A stretch of 64,000 nucleotides of DNA from Cycas panzhihuaensis (lineage: Eukaryota; Plantae; Cycadophyta), in NCBI GenBank assembly GCA_023213395.1, contig CM041465.1, forward strand, positions 193,819,741-193,883,740, in the 5' to 3' direction. Position numbers and translations under genes: made by a program. How positions within the stretch are numbered: position 1 is the stretch's first letter; the number at the start of each line of letters is the position of its first letter. The notes under the pieces are model-generated. The model was not told the DNA's origin and ran no database searches. It was given only the letters and a program-made list of their open reading frames with translations. Positions 1 through 14,600 of the stretch are shown in pieces.

Positions 1-465
1 TGTTAGGTTAGGTACAAAGAAACAACTATAATTAGGAAATATGCATCCTAATGAAACCCTCACACTCTGAGGGCCTTATTATTGATTGCTATTTAGTCCT
101 TTTAAGGACACCTATTAATATATAAAATGATATTATTTTTATGATTTTTAGTTATATGGTAATTCACTATTTAAATTATTTTTATGTATGTTTTCTTCTT
201 CATTTACTTACTTGCATTTCCTATTTGATTAGATAGATATTCTATGCTTTCTTTTAGGTTTTTTCCTCTTTTCTCCTTTTGGCATATTATATACACCTAG
301 ATGTTTCCCATTAGCCTAGAATATAGTTGTATTTTATCCTACACTCGTATCCATAGGATGCATGAGTACTTGTAAGAGATATAAGTTCATTACTTACTTG
401 ACATGGATCCCCTTTACTCTTTAGGTCTACTTGTTAAGTTGTATATTTATCCTCTCCTTCCATGA
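1..465 (+). mobile_element. 3' part of the 5' LTR of a degenerate Tat/Ogre-like Gypsy element (Tat0)
   Basis: Colinear homology to 33504-33945 that ends at the same point (atcctc(t)ccttcca). Followed by tggcgactatattgagg (467-484), an Ogre/Tat-type tRNA-Arg PBS. Confidence 0.65.
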
Positions 466-466
466 C

Positions 467-2400
467 TGGCGACTATATTGAGGTCTCATTAGTTGGGTAT
501 GGCATATCATTGTTGATTCTTTTTCTCCATTTCATTTAAGTTCTTTTATTATAGGGTGATGCTCTTGTTAGCACGTGGTGACTTCTCATGAGCACTCATA
601 GACTCTCTTTAATATTATGTTAAGGTGTGAGTATGTATCTCATTTAATATCCTTTCCATCTTAGGCCATATTTCCTAGCTCTTTGCCATTTTACATGCCT
701 TAATGGCAGAGAAATACTATCCATCTTGGGTTACTAACCCCATTCATATAACATAATTATTTACGGTAATCCCCCATCTAACCCAACCATTTCATACCTA
801 CTAGTAGGGGTAACACAACTATGGTGGCATCTATCATGTGGAAACCGCACACCAAGCTAGGGCACTCCCCCAACAAGCTTTATTTTATCATATAATAACC
901 CCACATTTTGTTGGGATAATCCTTATTCATTTCCACTTTTCTATTTTATCCCTCACTAGCCATTAGCCTAAGGGCATTATCCTTTTAAGTCTAAGCCTTC
1001 TGAGGCATGGGTAAATCCCATCACCCCATACTTATATTACCCCATATCCTAACCCTTCGTAACTTGGGTTAGCTTGAGCTTTATTTTATAACCTACTCAG
1101 GTTGTGGCCCATCTTACATTTTCACGTTATATTCAACCTAGCTATGTCTCCTAATAATTAGGGTAGATTAAGCCCCAACCCTAAACTATCTATAATATGG
1201 ATCCCCTCCATCCATATGGGGTCACCCCTTTAGTTGAAAGGCTATATGGATAAAACCCACTTCCTCATCTATCATCTTATACCTTCCCTAACCTATCTAG
1301 ATAATAAACTTGGTAGACCCTACTTGTTTTGCCTTATCGAGCCTAATAGGTCCAATCTACTCTCACTACCTTAAACATAGATATTACCTAGTGGATTTCT
1401 ATATAATAGGGTACTTTATACTAACCTAATCTACTACCAATATATGGAAAATCTCCATCTAGTCCTTTTAGCTACTCCTTACCTAATGATATCCTTGTGG
1501 GAACCATGGGTATGGAACATAATCATCTATTGTGATAACCTTGTACCATGATGTGGTAATAACACATCTAGTTAGGGCAACCCCCCAACTAATCACATAT
1601 CCAATTTTTAGTTAAAAAGAAGGAAAAAAATAGGCCTTTTATTCTAGCATGAAGGGCCCAAGTTTGATCAAGAGACTGGTTTTCTTGGGCTAAGCATGAT
1701 CCACCCTATACCCATAGGCATGAAGAATTACACGTACCTTAGTGTTCCTAGTGTTTTAGAGTTTGATGATAAGAATGTCCCTATGAAAATAATAGGCATG
1801 ATTAATCATGTTTATGGCAACCCTATATACAGTTGGAATAGTCCCTAATATCCCCCCATTATTACATAGGCACCTCTGCCTCTCACCCCTCTTGTACCTA
1901 GTTTTGATCTTGATCCTTTTACATTGGGTGATGAACCTATTATGGGCGATTCCCAATTTGATTCCTTAAAAGAGATCTTTGACCCTCCACTTCTTCTTAA
2001 ATCATTTATATATCTTGTCCTTTCTAAGATATCAAAACCCCATACTAGGATGATTCTTTGAAAGGGTATTAAAAAAATATAAATTGGGAGTATAATGATA
2101 GTCTTTATCCCCCTTTTATACCCTAGGTTAAAGACAAACAAACTTGAATATGATCACCCTAAAAATAATGAAGTGACAATGCCATGTCTAGTCAGGGTAA
2201 TACCCTAAGAATTTCCTTCTTATTAGACCTACCAATAGGAGCAACCCCTTTATAATGGTGTCCCTTAAGTAACAACCATAGACCCATATAAAGCACTACC
2301 TCATTATTTGATAGAAATAACCCAAAAAATTTCTCTAAACTACCAACCACTAAGAAGGTTAAACTATGGTAGTCTTATTTTTGACATAACCATACAATAT
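467..2400 (+). pseudogene. gag: PBS, leader and heavily decayed proline-rich gag of Tat0
   Basis: 1195-1230 (YGMDPLHPYG-like) resembles Tat1 12110-12150 (YGVEPLHPYG). A PKFD gag motif lies at ~1658. Many stops; truncated. Confidence 0.55.
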
Positions 2401-2406
2401 ATTCAG

Positions 2407-2933
2407 TATTAGAATATGTGATACTTTTACATATCTAATATTTAATATAAAGTTATGGATCCACATAACATCCTACTCACAAAAGCATTAATAAGTGTTA
2501 TATGTATAATTATTTATGTAAGCATCCTATTGGATGTTGAAACAACTCAAGAGATATTATAGCCTATTTATGAGATGACATATTTATAAGTATATACACA
2601 CACTACTTGAGAACTTAAGAAAGGTTTGAGAAATGAGATGTAATTATTTAATATCGTAAAGAGAAGTTACCAACTCTAACCTTCTCTCATGATTTTTTCC
2701 ATACTAGGTTTTTCATATATAAATCTATTATCTCTCTTGTGGCATATACATATTCATTACTTTATATTTTATATTATTACTTTATATATTGATCTTACAA
2801 TACTTAAACTGTGTACATTTCTCATAATATGATTGAATTATTATACATCTTTGATATACTTCTATTACACATAATAAGTACATTATAATATGGTATCAAA
2901 GTGAAATTCTAAATTTTTACATGGTATCAAAGC
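2407..2933 (+). mobile_element. Old ~515-bp LTR followed by a tRNA-Met PBS
   Basis: Ends ...ttttaca at 2921, then tggtatcaaagc (2922-2933). Homologous to 28622-29000 plus 33210-33310 (e.g. ttgagaactt[ag]agaaaggt and gatgtaattatt). Confidence 0.6.
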
Positions 2934-4040
2934 TATCGTGAGAGCTTTCTTAGCCATGTTGTAAAAAATCTTATAAAATAGATTGAAGCCTATATAATCT
3001 AGTTGATGAGCTAATTGAGCTAGTAATTTAGCCAAGTACAAAGCTAGGATATAAACTAATACATAGCCAATTATAGAGCTAGTTTAAAGTGTTTTTGATG
3101 AGATAAAAGTTGATTATACTAGTGACATGTGATTGAGAATATGGGATAAGATGAAGATGTTTGAAAGTTGCATACAAATGATGATAATAAGACTAATGGT
3201 ATGCTTATTATTGAATTTATATAGGTATTTATTTTATACATATAGGTGTCATATTTTAGAAGTATGTAGGTGTTAGAGAAGTCCACTAAATGATGAAGAA
3301 TAAATTATTTCCAGTAACATTCACTAATATAGGCTAGCCCCTATAGAAGTGAATGAGATTTAGTAGGATTGGCCATCTCACCAAATCTTAATTAGTAATA
3401 GTAAGATCAACATATTATTATGAAGACTTAATATCTATTAGTAATATAAAATAAGTAGTAGTCATGTACCGATTGATATATAACAAAATAAATTGATATG
3501 CATTATTAAGTAGACATGATATTTTGATACATTTAATTAAATTTGAATCTTTAATAAAGTCTACTAATAAGCCCCTAAACCGTTACTAATCAATCATGTG
3601 AAGGAGCTAATGGAATAAAAAATGTGAAAATAGAGTAGAACAAGATCACAATGATCAATCACTAGTAGCACCATCAACATTCACATGCAGATAGAAATAA
3701 GATCATGTTATTGAAGCCATTATTAAGTACATAGAAAATTTCTAATATAAGCAGTTTTGACTAACACTAGGGTTGGACACCCCTCCAAATATATAGTTTT
3801 GGGGAGGAGGGAAACTCCTCAACCTCTAGAATTCAAACAATAATAAAATATTACATAACTCAACAACTTAACTAAAATCAACTTAACCTTACCGGACTTA
3901 CCTTAACATATGTGCACTCACATGTGTGAAAGGTGGGAGTGGGGTGATGATCATTAACCCCAACATACTCCCCCTTAATAAGCATCCTTAACACCTTCCT
4001 TTCTCCTTGAATTTGGGAAATAGGTGATTGAGGTATACTT

Positions 4041-4145
4041 GAATAAGAGTCTTGTAGCTTTGTCCTTGAAATACAATTTGAAGAAGAACCTTATATCTTT
4101 GTCCTTGAAGTATAGTTTGAAGAAGAATCTTGTATCTTTGTCCCC
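4041..4145. repeat. 39-bp tandem repeat, about 3 copies
   Basis: The core tttgtcc recurs at 4059, 4098 and 4137, in units like gaagaagaatcttgtatctttgtcc. Confidence 0.75.
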
Positions 4146-4329
4146 ATCTTTAATGTGATTATGAACTTGTAATGTCTTCTCTTGAACAATGAGTAAGTAT
4201 TTCTTAGGATAAGTTTTAATGTCTTCATCTTTGATTTCATCTTTTTGATCTTGTACTCCATGGGAATCACTTGTGTTACATACAATCTTATCATTTACTT
4301 CAATATGTTTATCAATCTTGAAATCTTTA

Positions 4330-4703
4330 ACATTGGATGGTGCATCAACCTTGTCATGAGGAGATACCTATTCTAACATCTATTTCATATATAATTTATC
4401 ATCAATATAGTTAAATTCACTTAAGTCAAGCAAATCTCACTCATAAATGGATTCTAGGATGTCCCATGTTTCTTTTGATGTGTTTAATTCCAATATATGT
4501 GTAAAAACATTATCATCTATGGTGGAGTATAAAAAAGAAAGTGTTACATTATCTTTTCTAAGATTTTCTTTATTACTAGGATCATATTCACTTGTTATAT
4601 ATTTCCAAAGATCACTTACCACAAGATGTGTTTTCATTATAATTTTCCATAGTTGAAAATTTTTACCATCAAGTATAGGAAAACTAAGGTTATTTTATGC
4701 CAT
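4330..4703 (-). pseudogene. gag: Copia gag N-terminal half (UBN2/Retrotran_gag_2-like) with a non-canonical tail
   Basis: MA*NNLSFPILDGKNFQLWKIIMKTHLVVSDLWKYI...LELNTSKETWDILESIYE*DLLDLSEFNYIDD. Confidence 0.85.
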
Positions 4704-7700
4704 TGTATGGACTTTAGTGCATGACCAAAAGGAATATGGGATGAATTCCTTTTAGAGTAGAAAATGAAACAACGTATGACTTAAACTTAGAAATGAATCT
4801 TAAATGATATTTTTCAAATTTCTTTCACCATTCAAAAATATAAACTTGAAAATAAATATTCAAATGTCTCTTTTCAAAGAAATAAAAAATGATTTCAACT
4901 ATAAGACAATGATCCATCTTTGATCAATCTTTGAGAACAAGGAATCTATGAGAAAAATTAAATCTATACTCACACCTTCAAGAAAATCTATATTCATTTT
5001 CCTTTCAAAAAAACAAAACAAGATGTATATCTAGGAATGTTCTTTTATGCACTTTGAAAATAAAGAATACTCCTTTTGCACTTTTAAAATAAAAAAATGC
5101 CCCTTTTTGTAATTTTAAAAATAAAATGCTCTCCCTATTTGAAATATTAGATTCCTTTGTAGAAACAAATAAGTACTTTTCCTTTAAAATATGGAAAAAA
5201 TCTTAGAGTGCATAAAATATTTCTAAATGAGAACCAAGTGAGCTTAAAATGAGCTTCTTCAATAAAGTTAAAGAAAGGAAAATATTCTTGATATTTTAAG
5301 AAATTTATCACTTTGAAATAGAGAAAAGAGTTCAAAGTAGTCTAAACTAAAATAAATAAAGTAACTAAGTAGGTTAAATTATACCAAAAATGCTAAAATG
5401 CTTTGCTTTGCCATTAGACCTTCAATAGGCCAATAGTAAGATAAATGAGTTGTAAAATAGCTTAAAACTTAACAAACACTAGCAAATGTTATTAATAATT
5501 AATGATATATCAATCTTAAATGAGATAAATTTAACTTAAAAAAAGGAATTTGGCTCAAAGAGTTCTTAAAGAAAGTCCAACTAGGACTTTAAAGAAGCCT
5601 CAAATTTAGTAGCTTTGTACACTTATAAAATAATGTTAAAATAAGATGAAACCAACTTTAATATAAATATCTATGAAATATCTTTCAAACAAATCAAACG
5701 GTTCATAGATTGGAGCTATGAAGCTCAAGATATTAACAAAACTATGAAAGAAACTCTTTTAAGGTTAATGAAATAAAGAGCAACCAAAAGGTCAATTTTG
5801 ACCTAATAAAACCCTATAAAAATGAGTGAAATCAAATAAACAATAATTTCAAGCTGTAGAGCTCTGAAATACAAACCCAACAAATCTAACTATTTGGAAA
5901 TCTAACTCCTAGTTAAAGAGATATAGCAGAAAAAGTAAGTAATCCTCTCTTATGCAAATACCTTAAAATGAACTAGAGTGCCACTTTTGCCAATTAAAAA
6001 AAAAAAATCAAATCAACACCCAAAAAAAAAAAAGAAGTAGTCAATAATGAAGTTTGCTAAAAAGAGATTACAAAGAAACTAATTTGGGTAAAAAATGATA
6101 TCCTGGTGATAAGATATAATCTGAGGGTAGACTAGGTAGGGATTGACCCTGAGATATCGCAGAAGATAAACCCCTCCGATGCCAGGAGGGTGTACTCACT
6201 CGTTGAGTTCAAAAACTGACTGAATAATATAAAAAATAATCAAGTTAAAAAGTTTATGAACTTTATAAAAAATATAAATCAAATGGCAGATATCAAAGGG
6301 ATATAAAATACAATTAAATTAATTCAAACTTTATAAAATTAATTTATAAACTTTATTTGATAAAATCAAATGATTTTAATCAAATTTTAATGGCGTTAAT
6401 GTCTGTGTGGGTTTGACGATGAACATGAGCAAAAACTGATCAATTCAATCAAACAAAATCTTAGAGGGGAACACAGAGGAGGACATAGGCCTCTAGAGAT
6501 GAGTTCAGAGGTGAAAGACTTGAAGAAATAAAGCAACACAAAGAGAAAAATAATGTTGATAGATGCACGACCAAGTATGGATGCCAAAGGACATAGATGT
6601 TATTTAGGGGCTCTAATCAAGCAACTCTAATAGGAAATGGTCTAGAGGGAGGTTCACAACCCTCACATGCAACCTGAGAAGCCCATAGTGGAAGAAATGA
6701 AAGTTGACTGAGAGGAGGAATGGGTACGCTAAATTAGTGAAGAAGGGCAAACTTTCGAGGAGAATATCTCCCTTCATAAGGAACAAAATCACTATCTGTC
6801 TTTTTCAGTAGGTAGATGGCTCATAGATGAGTCTAATGAGAAGTCATAGGTGAGACTTTTGCTCAATAGATGAAGAGCTAAATCAAGATGATTGCTAGGT
6901 ACCCCACGTTGAAAAACCAATAGCAAATATATCATGTAAATAATATAAAATATTAATCAAATATATCAATGTGCTAAAGTTTAACTATAGAAAAATCAAA
7001 TATATATCAAAATAAAATGAACCAAACTGAACACATAACAATGGTGGATGCAATCTCCTCATGCAATGCCAAAGGAGAATTGATAAATCTATTCACAAAA
7101 GTCTTTAGGATTATTTTAAAATATTATAAAAATAATTAAAAAAACTTATGAAATCACTCAAAAACCTGTACAGAGTGCCTTTCTTATGCCTTTAAGAGTA
7201 TTCTGCATAGATCTATGGAATCTTTATATGTAAACAATCAATAAAGCTTATAACAAGTTGAATAAATCAAATATTTTAGAAAATAACTAAAGTATAGCTT
7301 CTCAAAATGAAAATACTTATAAAAAACTTGAATGTTGTAGGAAGATGTTGTGAGAATATTGTAAATGCCCAATAATCTCTGATAATGCTATAAAAGGTTG
7401 AATGCTTCTAAGATATTGTTCAATAAATATTATTAGCCAAAAATATGCTAAAAAACTTACAGGATCTGAGCTCTAATACCAAATAATGGAATAAAACATT
7501 ATGGAAATAGAGTAGAACAAGATCACAATGATCAACCACTAGTAGCACCATCAACATTCACATGTAGATAGAAAGAAGATCATGTTATTGAAGCCATTAT
7601 TGAGTACATAGCAAATTTCTAATATAGGCAGTGTTGACTAATACTAGGGTTGGACACCCCTCCAAATATATAGTTTGGGGGAGGAGTGAAATTCCTTAGC

Positions 7701-7898
7701 CCATATAATTCAAACAACAATAAAATATTACATAACATGTGTGTAGTCACATGTGTGAAAGGTGGGAGTGGGGTGATGATCATTAATCCCAACATGAGCT
7801 AATACAACCCAAAGCCTAATGAAAAGGAGCTAAGCTAATTTTCTTAAGGATTGCATGATTTTTCATGACATATTGTTACTATTTTAGTCATAACCTTT

Positions 7899-10800
7899 TG
7901 TTTCTTAGCTATCAGGAATGGACATGGATGGCACCTCTATGGAAAGTATAGGTACATTTCTATCCTTTCTTTTTATTAATTTTGGAATATAATTGAATTG
8001 TCACTGGACACATTTTGCATGCTATTGATTGATTGCATGATCGTTATGCCTGGCTTGCCTACCTACTTATGTTTACATCTAATACTTTAGCCTATGACAA
8101 ATTGGGACAAGCATCCCATGGCACTTCATGACCCTCCACCATGCCTCCACATCATCTTCAAGCATTCTTGGCTCCCACAACCTGCTCTTTACCATCTTTT
8201 AGTGTGATGTAATCCCTAACAACCCGTTTAAGCCTAATCGCCATCCTTACTTGCCACTTATTCCTCATTGAGGCCTAGTTGACACCTTTTTCCTGCTTAT
8301 CATGGTCCCACCAGCTCTTAAAATCTCTTAGACGCCCTAACAACTTATTATTTTGGACTCTTAGGGACTAGGACTCCCCTTTTAGGGAGCCTTCTAGGCC
8401 CCCCCCCCCTTTATTTTTCACCTTATTTTGAGCACACCACATCATTATTTGTAGTTCCATGGAAAATTCTATGATACTACGAAGTTTGCCATAGTGCGAT
8501 TGTCCACTCTTAGTTTTTGGCCTAGCCACAACTAGTTTCACATTAACTATGAAACTAACACATAACATTGGGTTATCTCCTACCCTCAACAATCCCTAAT
8601 CACCTGGTAGGTTAGGGTTGGGTTTAAAAACCTAATTTTTGGCTCATTTAGTCTCTTCTCCTTCTTCTCTCTTAGAAAAAAATTGAAAGGAAAGAAAGTT
8701 CTCTTCAGTTACCACCTACTCTTCACTCTTGCCTCTTATTTCCTTAGGGTAAAAACCTTAAGTCGTAGGTCTGCAGTAGCTTGATTTGGATAGGTCCTCC
8801 TCCCAAGTGCTCTGTCAAGTCATTGGTACCAAGTTTTCTTGCAGGTTTCACTTCTTTCTGTCACTATTGCAGGGATTTCTTATCCAGCCTTCAAGGGAAA
8901 CTCTTCTTCCCCAGCTACCTCATGAGGTAAAATTATTTCAAACCAGTTTTAGCAAGGCTTTTTAGACTTGCATATTGTCTCTTTCCTTTGGTAATAGAGG
9001 CTTCTTACATGTTTGTTCAATTTTCTTTGCAAAACCCTTTCATACACCTCTTTTCTGGAAGGTAAACCCTTCCTCTTCTTGGCTTATTTCCCTCACATCT
9101 TGAGGTTTCTCCCTAGTTTCTATAAAGAAGGTTGAGTGAAAAGAGTGTAGCAAAGAGCGAAAAGAGTGTAGCAAAGAGAGAAAGGCGTTTGAGGCTAGGG
9201 TTCTGAACCTCTTGGCTATCTCCTCTAGGGTAACCCCCTACCCTTTGCAACTTTTCTGTCCCTATACCTCTCTTGTACACCTAGAAACTCTTAAGGGAGG
9301 GGATTCTGCTAGTTGTAGTATTGGTAGCTACTTGCAACACCTGTAACTAGCCCTTATGCCCCCTTAAAATTTGATTTTTTATAGCAAGTCCTTATGATTT
9401 ACAAAATTCTAGCTCCAATTTGTAAAAGTTTCATGTTGCAACGTTTGTAGCTTTACACATTTTTTTTTAACAACTTTTACTATTCATAAACCTTGTTGCC
9501 TTCTCTACTGCTTGAAGATCTTAACTGCTTACTTAGTCCATTGGTTAGAGTGCTTGGATATGTGGAGATATCTTACCCAGAGGGTTAGCCATTCTAAGGC
9601 TATCTTTCTCCCCCCTTTTCTACCCCCCTTTTCTCCCATAGCTGTTGAAGCATTCTACATGCATATTAAGTAATATTTGGATCACACATTATGTTTATTT
9701 AAAAGACATCTATATAAGATCAATTTCCTCTTTCTTTTTGTAAGAATATACACACATATACAAATGTACATTTATTCATATATGTATCTAGCACCCTTGG
9801 GAAAGGGAAAACAACTTGTTGTGTAGATTGCAACTTTTGGAACAAGCAAAAGTCATCGTGGTCCTTTTACTTTTATGACATTGCTTTGAACTTTCTTTGT
9901 GAGTAACTCTTTTCTTTTCCTTTTTGTTCCTTTATGCACTAGTTCCTAGGGAAGGTAAGGAAGCTCCACTGGTATTTCTCCCATAACACCAACTGTGGCA
10001 AGGAGCATTAATTGGGCAAAAGTAGATTATGAGGAAAGAGAAGGGCTCGCTACACTAGTTGTGCTAGTTCCAAGTGCACTCCTTCTTACCCTACTTCCTT
10101 GCTTACACTTCTCCCCCTTTTCCCAAGGAAGAAAAGAAGAAAATAGGGAAAAGAAAGGTTACACATACTTTATTGCTTGTAGATTATTTAGTTTGCTCAT
10201 GTAGGGAAAGGAACGATCATTTTGCTTATGTAGGCATTAACCCCACTAGTAGAGTGACTCCCTGCCTCTATTGCATTCCTGTTCCCCTCTTCTTGTATGA
10301 CTCTCACATTTATTAGGGTAAGGGGACAAAGGGTTGAAAGATCCTCCGCCACTACCCTTTTTCTTCCCCATGCATTATTAGGGTAGCATGCACTAGTTGT
10401 TGCATTCTCTTCATATGATTTCTTACTTTCTTGCTTCCTTTCCTTTCGTTGACATTTATAAAAGAAAAAAGAGAGAGGCGAGAATCAAGAGAGAGTGTCA
10501 TTGTTCTTTTCCCTCTCCTTTTAATTTAGAATAAATTAGAAATAACAGCACTTCATAATACCACTCTATTCATTATAAAACAAAATAGAAGATACATTGC
10601 ATAACACCCACACACCTAGTTATCTGCCTAGGGCATTGGAACTTTAGGAGCATCCTCCTCAAGGTGTTCCCCTTTGGTAAGGCATCATCTTGCCTTACCT
10701 CTATTTAGGAGTTGGTCATTCTCTACCCAACTTCCTCTTTGCACCTTTGCTATCCACCATTCCTTTCTTATTTATAGGTATCCCCTTTCTCCATTAGGGT

Positions 10801-11120
10801 CTACCTCCTCCTTTCTCTCTTACCTGGGAAAGGTGCCTATCTTCTCTATCCTCCTTCCCTGACTATTTAGAATAGAAGGGTCCCTTTGAGGCTACTTGGA
10901 AAACTAAGGGAGCCCCTTGCCCATCTCGAATCTGAGAAGGCACTCATCATAAAGGAAGTTTTGTGTGCCATTTGCGGGTCATTGAACTTGCATTCCGATG
11001 CATAAACACCCTTTCTGGGTAATCCTTTCTTTTGCTCCCAAAGATCCTTTTGCCTTGTAATTTCCAATTGTATAGGCTTGATATCCTTATATCCGGTGAC
11101 CCCCCAGAGGTGCACTTCCA
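7899..11120 (+). repeat. 5' LTR of Tat1 (~3.2 kb)
   Basis: The start tgtttcttagctatcaggaatgg matches the start of the Tat2 3' LTR (revcomp from 55597: tgtttcctagcttttaggaatgg). It ends ttcca, followed by PBS tggtgaccatactaggga (11122-11139). 10080-10180 is homologous to revcomp 45640-45760. Confidence 0.75.
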
Positions 11121-11699
11121 TTGGTGACCATACTAGGGACTCGTTAGTAAAGGGTCTATCTTAGTTTCTTTTCTATTGGCCCTACCTCTCCTTTGGTAGT
11201 CCTTCTTGATTCGTTAGGTAACCCTTAATATTTATCCTTTTGTCATTCCTCTCTCTTCTAAATATTAGGAAGGACTTGTATGCAACTATTCTCTCATCAT
11301 TTGCAAGGTCTCCCTCCTTCTTTGGAAGACTCACCTTATTTCCAACTCCCATTGTCTGATTCTAAATTAGCTATGGAAGGATTCTCCTCAGATTGGGCAT
11401 ACCATACCTATGTTTCTGAAACTCACCAACCTTCAACTTCTTTTTAGGGTCATACCCAAGAGGGTGAGGACTCCATCTTCTATCTAGGTGACTAAGAACA
11501 CCTACAGGTTCATCATCTTTGCACCCACGAAGTAGAAGCCTCTTCCCCCATGGGGTATCATCATCTTGGTGACAACACCCATGAGGATCGCCTTGTGGGG
11601 TCCACTTCATATGAGGATCCTTCAACCTCATACAAGTAGGTAGGAACCCCTCTTGTGGATGTGGTGGAAGAACTTAATTAATGATTTCAAGTGGCTAGC

Positions 11700-14600
11700 C
11701 TCTAATCATCACCCAAGTGGTTGGAAAGCATCTTGCGAAGCGTGGCACCCTCCTCCTCCACATTTGCACCCTTACACTCATCTCATTCAATTTTACTATA
11801 TGCACTAAGGCCATCCCTCATTGCTCCTTCCTCTTCTTATGGTTCACATACTTTATGGGCCTCCTCAGATATGCCTACTTCTTAACTTAGTTTGAGTATG
11901 CCTCCTCCTAGTTAGGCAACCACACCTTAACAAATCATGGTTCATCCACCTTTTGTTAGACCTAGGGAGCCTACTTGTTCCCCTACTTCTAGTTGCATGG
12001 GACAAATCCCCATACACCCCCAAGCTTAACCCAAGGATTCCTCCCTTTATGTGCCCTTGGAATACACCTCCCAACCATGGGGGTATGGTAAAAGGAATCC
12101 CCTTCTGGTCTATGGGGTGGAGCCCTTGCACCCATATGGTATTGCACCACCTATAGGTGGCTCATATGGGCAAGATCTAGTCTCACACTCATCCATTCCT
12201 TCTTCTCATATCACTTCTTATGCGATGCCTTCACAAGGAGGACAAGCCCCACCTTAAGGCCTCTCCAAAGTCCTCTTCTAATAAGGGGAATACCCTCAAG
12301 GAGGGATGGGTCATTCCTACCCATCTGCTCCTTTTCCAGTCCCCTCACATCCAAGATTAGTCCCCTCCCACCAAGTAGAAGGAAGTTCATATCCCCTTTT
12401 AGGCCAAGTTTCCGAAGGAGGATTTGGGCACACTTTTCCACTTCCTCCTCCATCCTTCATTGACTTGACAGTTCAACCAAGGGCCCATCCTTCCGTGGAC
12501 TATAGGTTAACTCCCTTGTCGATCAAGGCATTAAGGACTAACTTACCACTTCACCCTCCTGAGGTACCCAAGTTCGATGGAACCTCTTCTTAAGATCTAA
12601 TAGAACACATTTGAAGCTTTTCTATGGTGTGTATTGATTATTAGGCTTATGGTCATATTTTGATGAAACTCTTCTCATGATCCCTGTAAGGTGATGCCCT
12701 CAAGTGGTTCTATCGCCTTCCTACACATTCAATTCACTCATTCCAACAACTTGTAGATGAGTTTATTAACTACTTTGATGTTGCTCACCCCTTTAAAAGT
12801 AGAATGAAGGTCCTCTTATCCCTTAAATAAGGTCAGGAGGAAATGAATCATGATTTTGTTAGGAGTTTTCATGATCTCCTTCACTCCACAAAGGTAACCC
12901 TACCCGAGGAGTTAAAAAGGGATCTTTTTATAAATGCCCTTTGTCCCAAAGTATATGTTGAGGTCTTCAAGATGGGGGTAACAACATGTGACTCTGCCAT
13001 AGATAAATATTTGGATCTCGTGGCTATTAAGATCCAAGTAAGTCTCAAGAAACCTCTTAGGTTATTACAACGATATGAAACACCCCCTCTATCTTGCGAC
13101 ACTAAAACTCAACAACCTTCCAAGTCTTCAACCCATTCAACAGAGAAGATTTTGGATTCATTGACTTCTACCATACATTATTTTGAATATATAATGAAGG
13201 AGCTTAAATTCCAAGCCTCTCCTTCATCACTAATATCTCATAAACCTGTCGATCAAGCCTCCCAACTTACACCTCCCAATAATGGAAATACCTATGCTTC
13301 TTAAGCAAGGAAGATAAACTCTTCCTTAGAGAAGAAATGGTACTCTATTCATGGTGAGTGCTTCTACGAGAACTCGTAATGTAGGGCACAACACTCTAAA
13401 TCAGCCCTACATCATCACTCCTCACCTAAATGAGCATCTAGGCCTAATCTAGACTAACCCCTTCACAGTGATCCCTTCCCCAAACATGAGGAATGAGATC
13501 AACATACCCAACAAATAGGAAATCCAAATAGGAGAAAGTCCTCTAACCCTCGCCCCACACAAGCTAAAAGGGTAAGGGGGTAAGGAACTCTTCCTCCTCT
13601 TCTAATTCTCATCGTCAAACCCCTTCTCCCTCTCGATCCAGAAATAAAGGGAAGAGAGTTATTTGGATGCTTGAGACCATACCTTTATACACTTTGACTC
13701 GGTCTTAAGTAGCTAAAGAAGCCATAGGTGCTTCTTCTTCCTCACATCTTAACCCTCCTTTAGAGAATCCTTCTTCCAAGTTTTCACCGCTTCCCAAGAT
13801 AATCCCCATTTATCCTAGTCATTATGATTTTTGAAGGGTACTTCCCCAACCCACTGGGAAGGTGAAGCCCTTCTCCATCCTCTACAAGCTTCATACTATG
13901 GTTGTAGGGATGTCTATGATGGATGTTTTGAGGAGTTGTCTAGAGCAGCATGCTCTCCTCTTGGAGACTTTAGGGTTGGTCGATGCTTCTATTCATGCCC
14001 TGGGTGTTGCCCCAAGTCATGAACCTATTATCTCGTTTGACCTTAAAGATCTCCCTCCAACCAGTGAAAGGGAATGCTAATGGCACTACCCTTTCTCTAT
14101 ATCTATAGACACCCATTAGTGTACTCTTTAAAGAAATATTGTAGACAAAAGTTCTTCTATAAACACTATGTCCTTACAAATCATGCAAGAGCTAAGCATA
14201 ATGATTCTCGAGTTGGTCCTATGGCATTACCAAGGCTATGATGATAGTGAGAAAATGCCTTTAGGATCTATCTCTATTCCTCTTACCCTCAGGGACAAAA
14301 CCATCCTCACTAATATCATGGTCCTCGATGTTGACATGGACTACAATCTTTTATTGGGACATCCATAACTCTACCAAATGGGAGTCATGTGTTCATCTTG
14401 TTGGGGGCAACTCAAATTTGTCTATAAGGGATGAATGAAGGTTGTTTCCCAAGAGACTCCTCCTATCAAGCAATCACATCAATCTTGTCAAGCAGTTCAT
14501 GACCTGGCGAAGGGGAACAAGGGCCCATATACCCAGGCTTCTTCTTGCTCTATTAACATTCTTAGCTCATCTTGTTTGGAAGAAGGTCCTTCTATTTCTT

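Larger units (their letters stand above)
3608..7794 (-). mobile_element. Non-autonomous gag-only Copia element (TR-GAG-like) #1
   Basis: LTRs at 3608-3965 and 7484-7794 (47-bp deletion in the right copy). PPT tactccccctt at 3966-3976. Met PBS gctctaatacca at 7470-7481. TSD ggagc/tgagc. No PR/INT/RT/RH motif seen inside. Confidence 0.9.
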
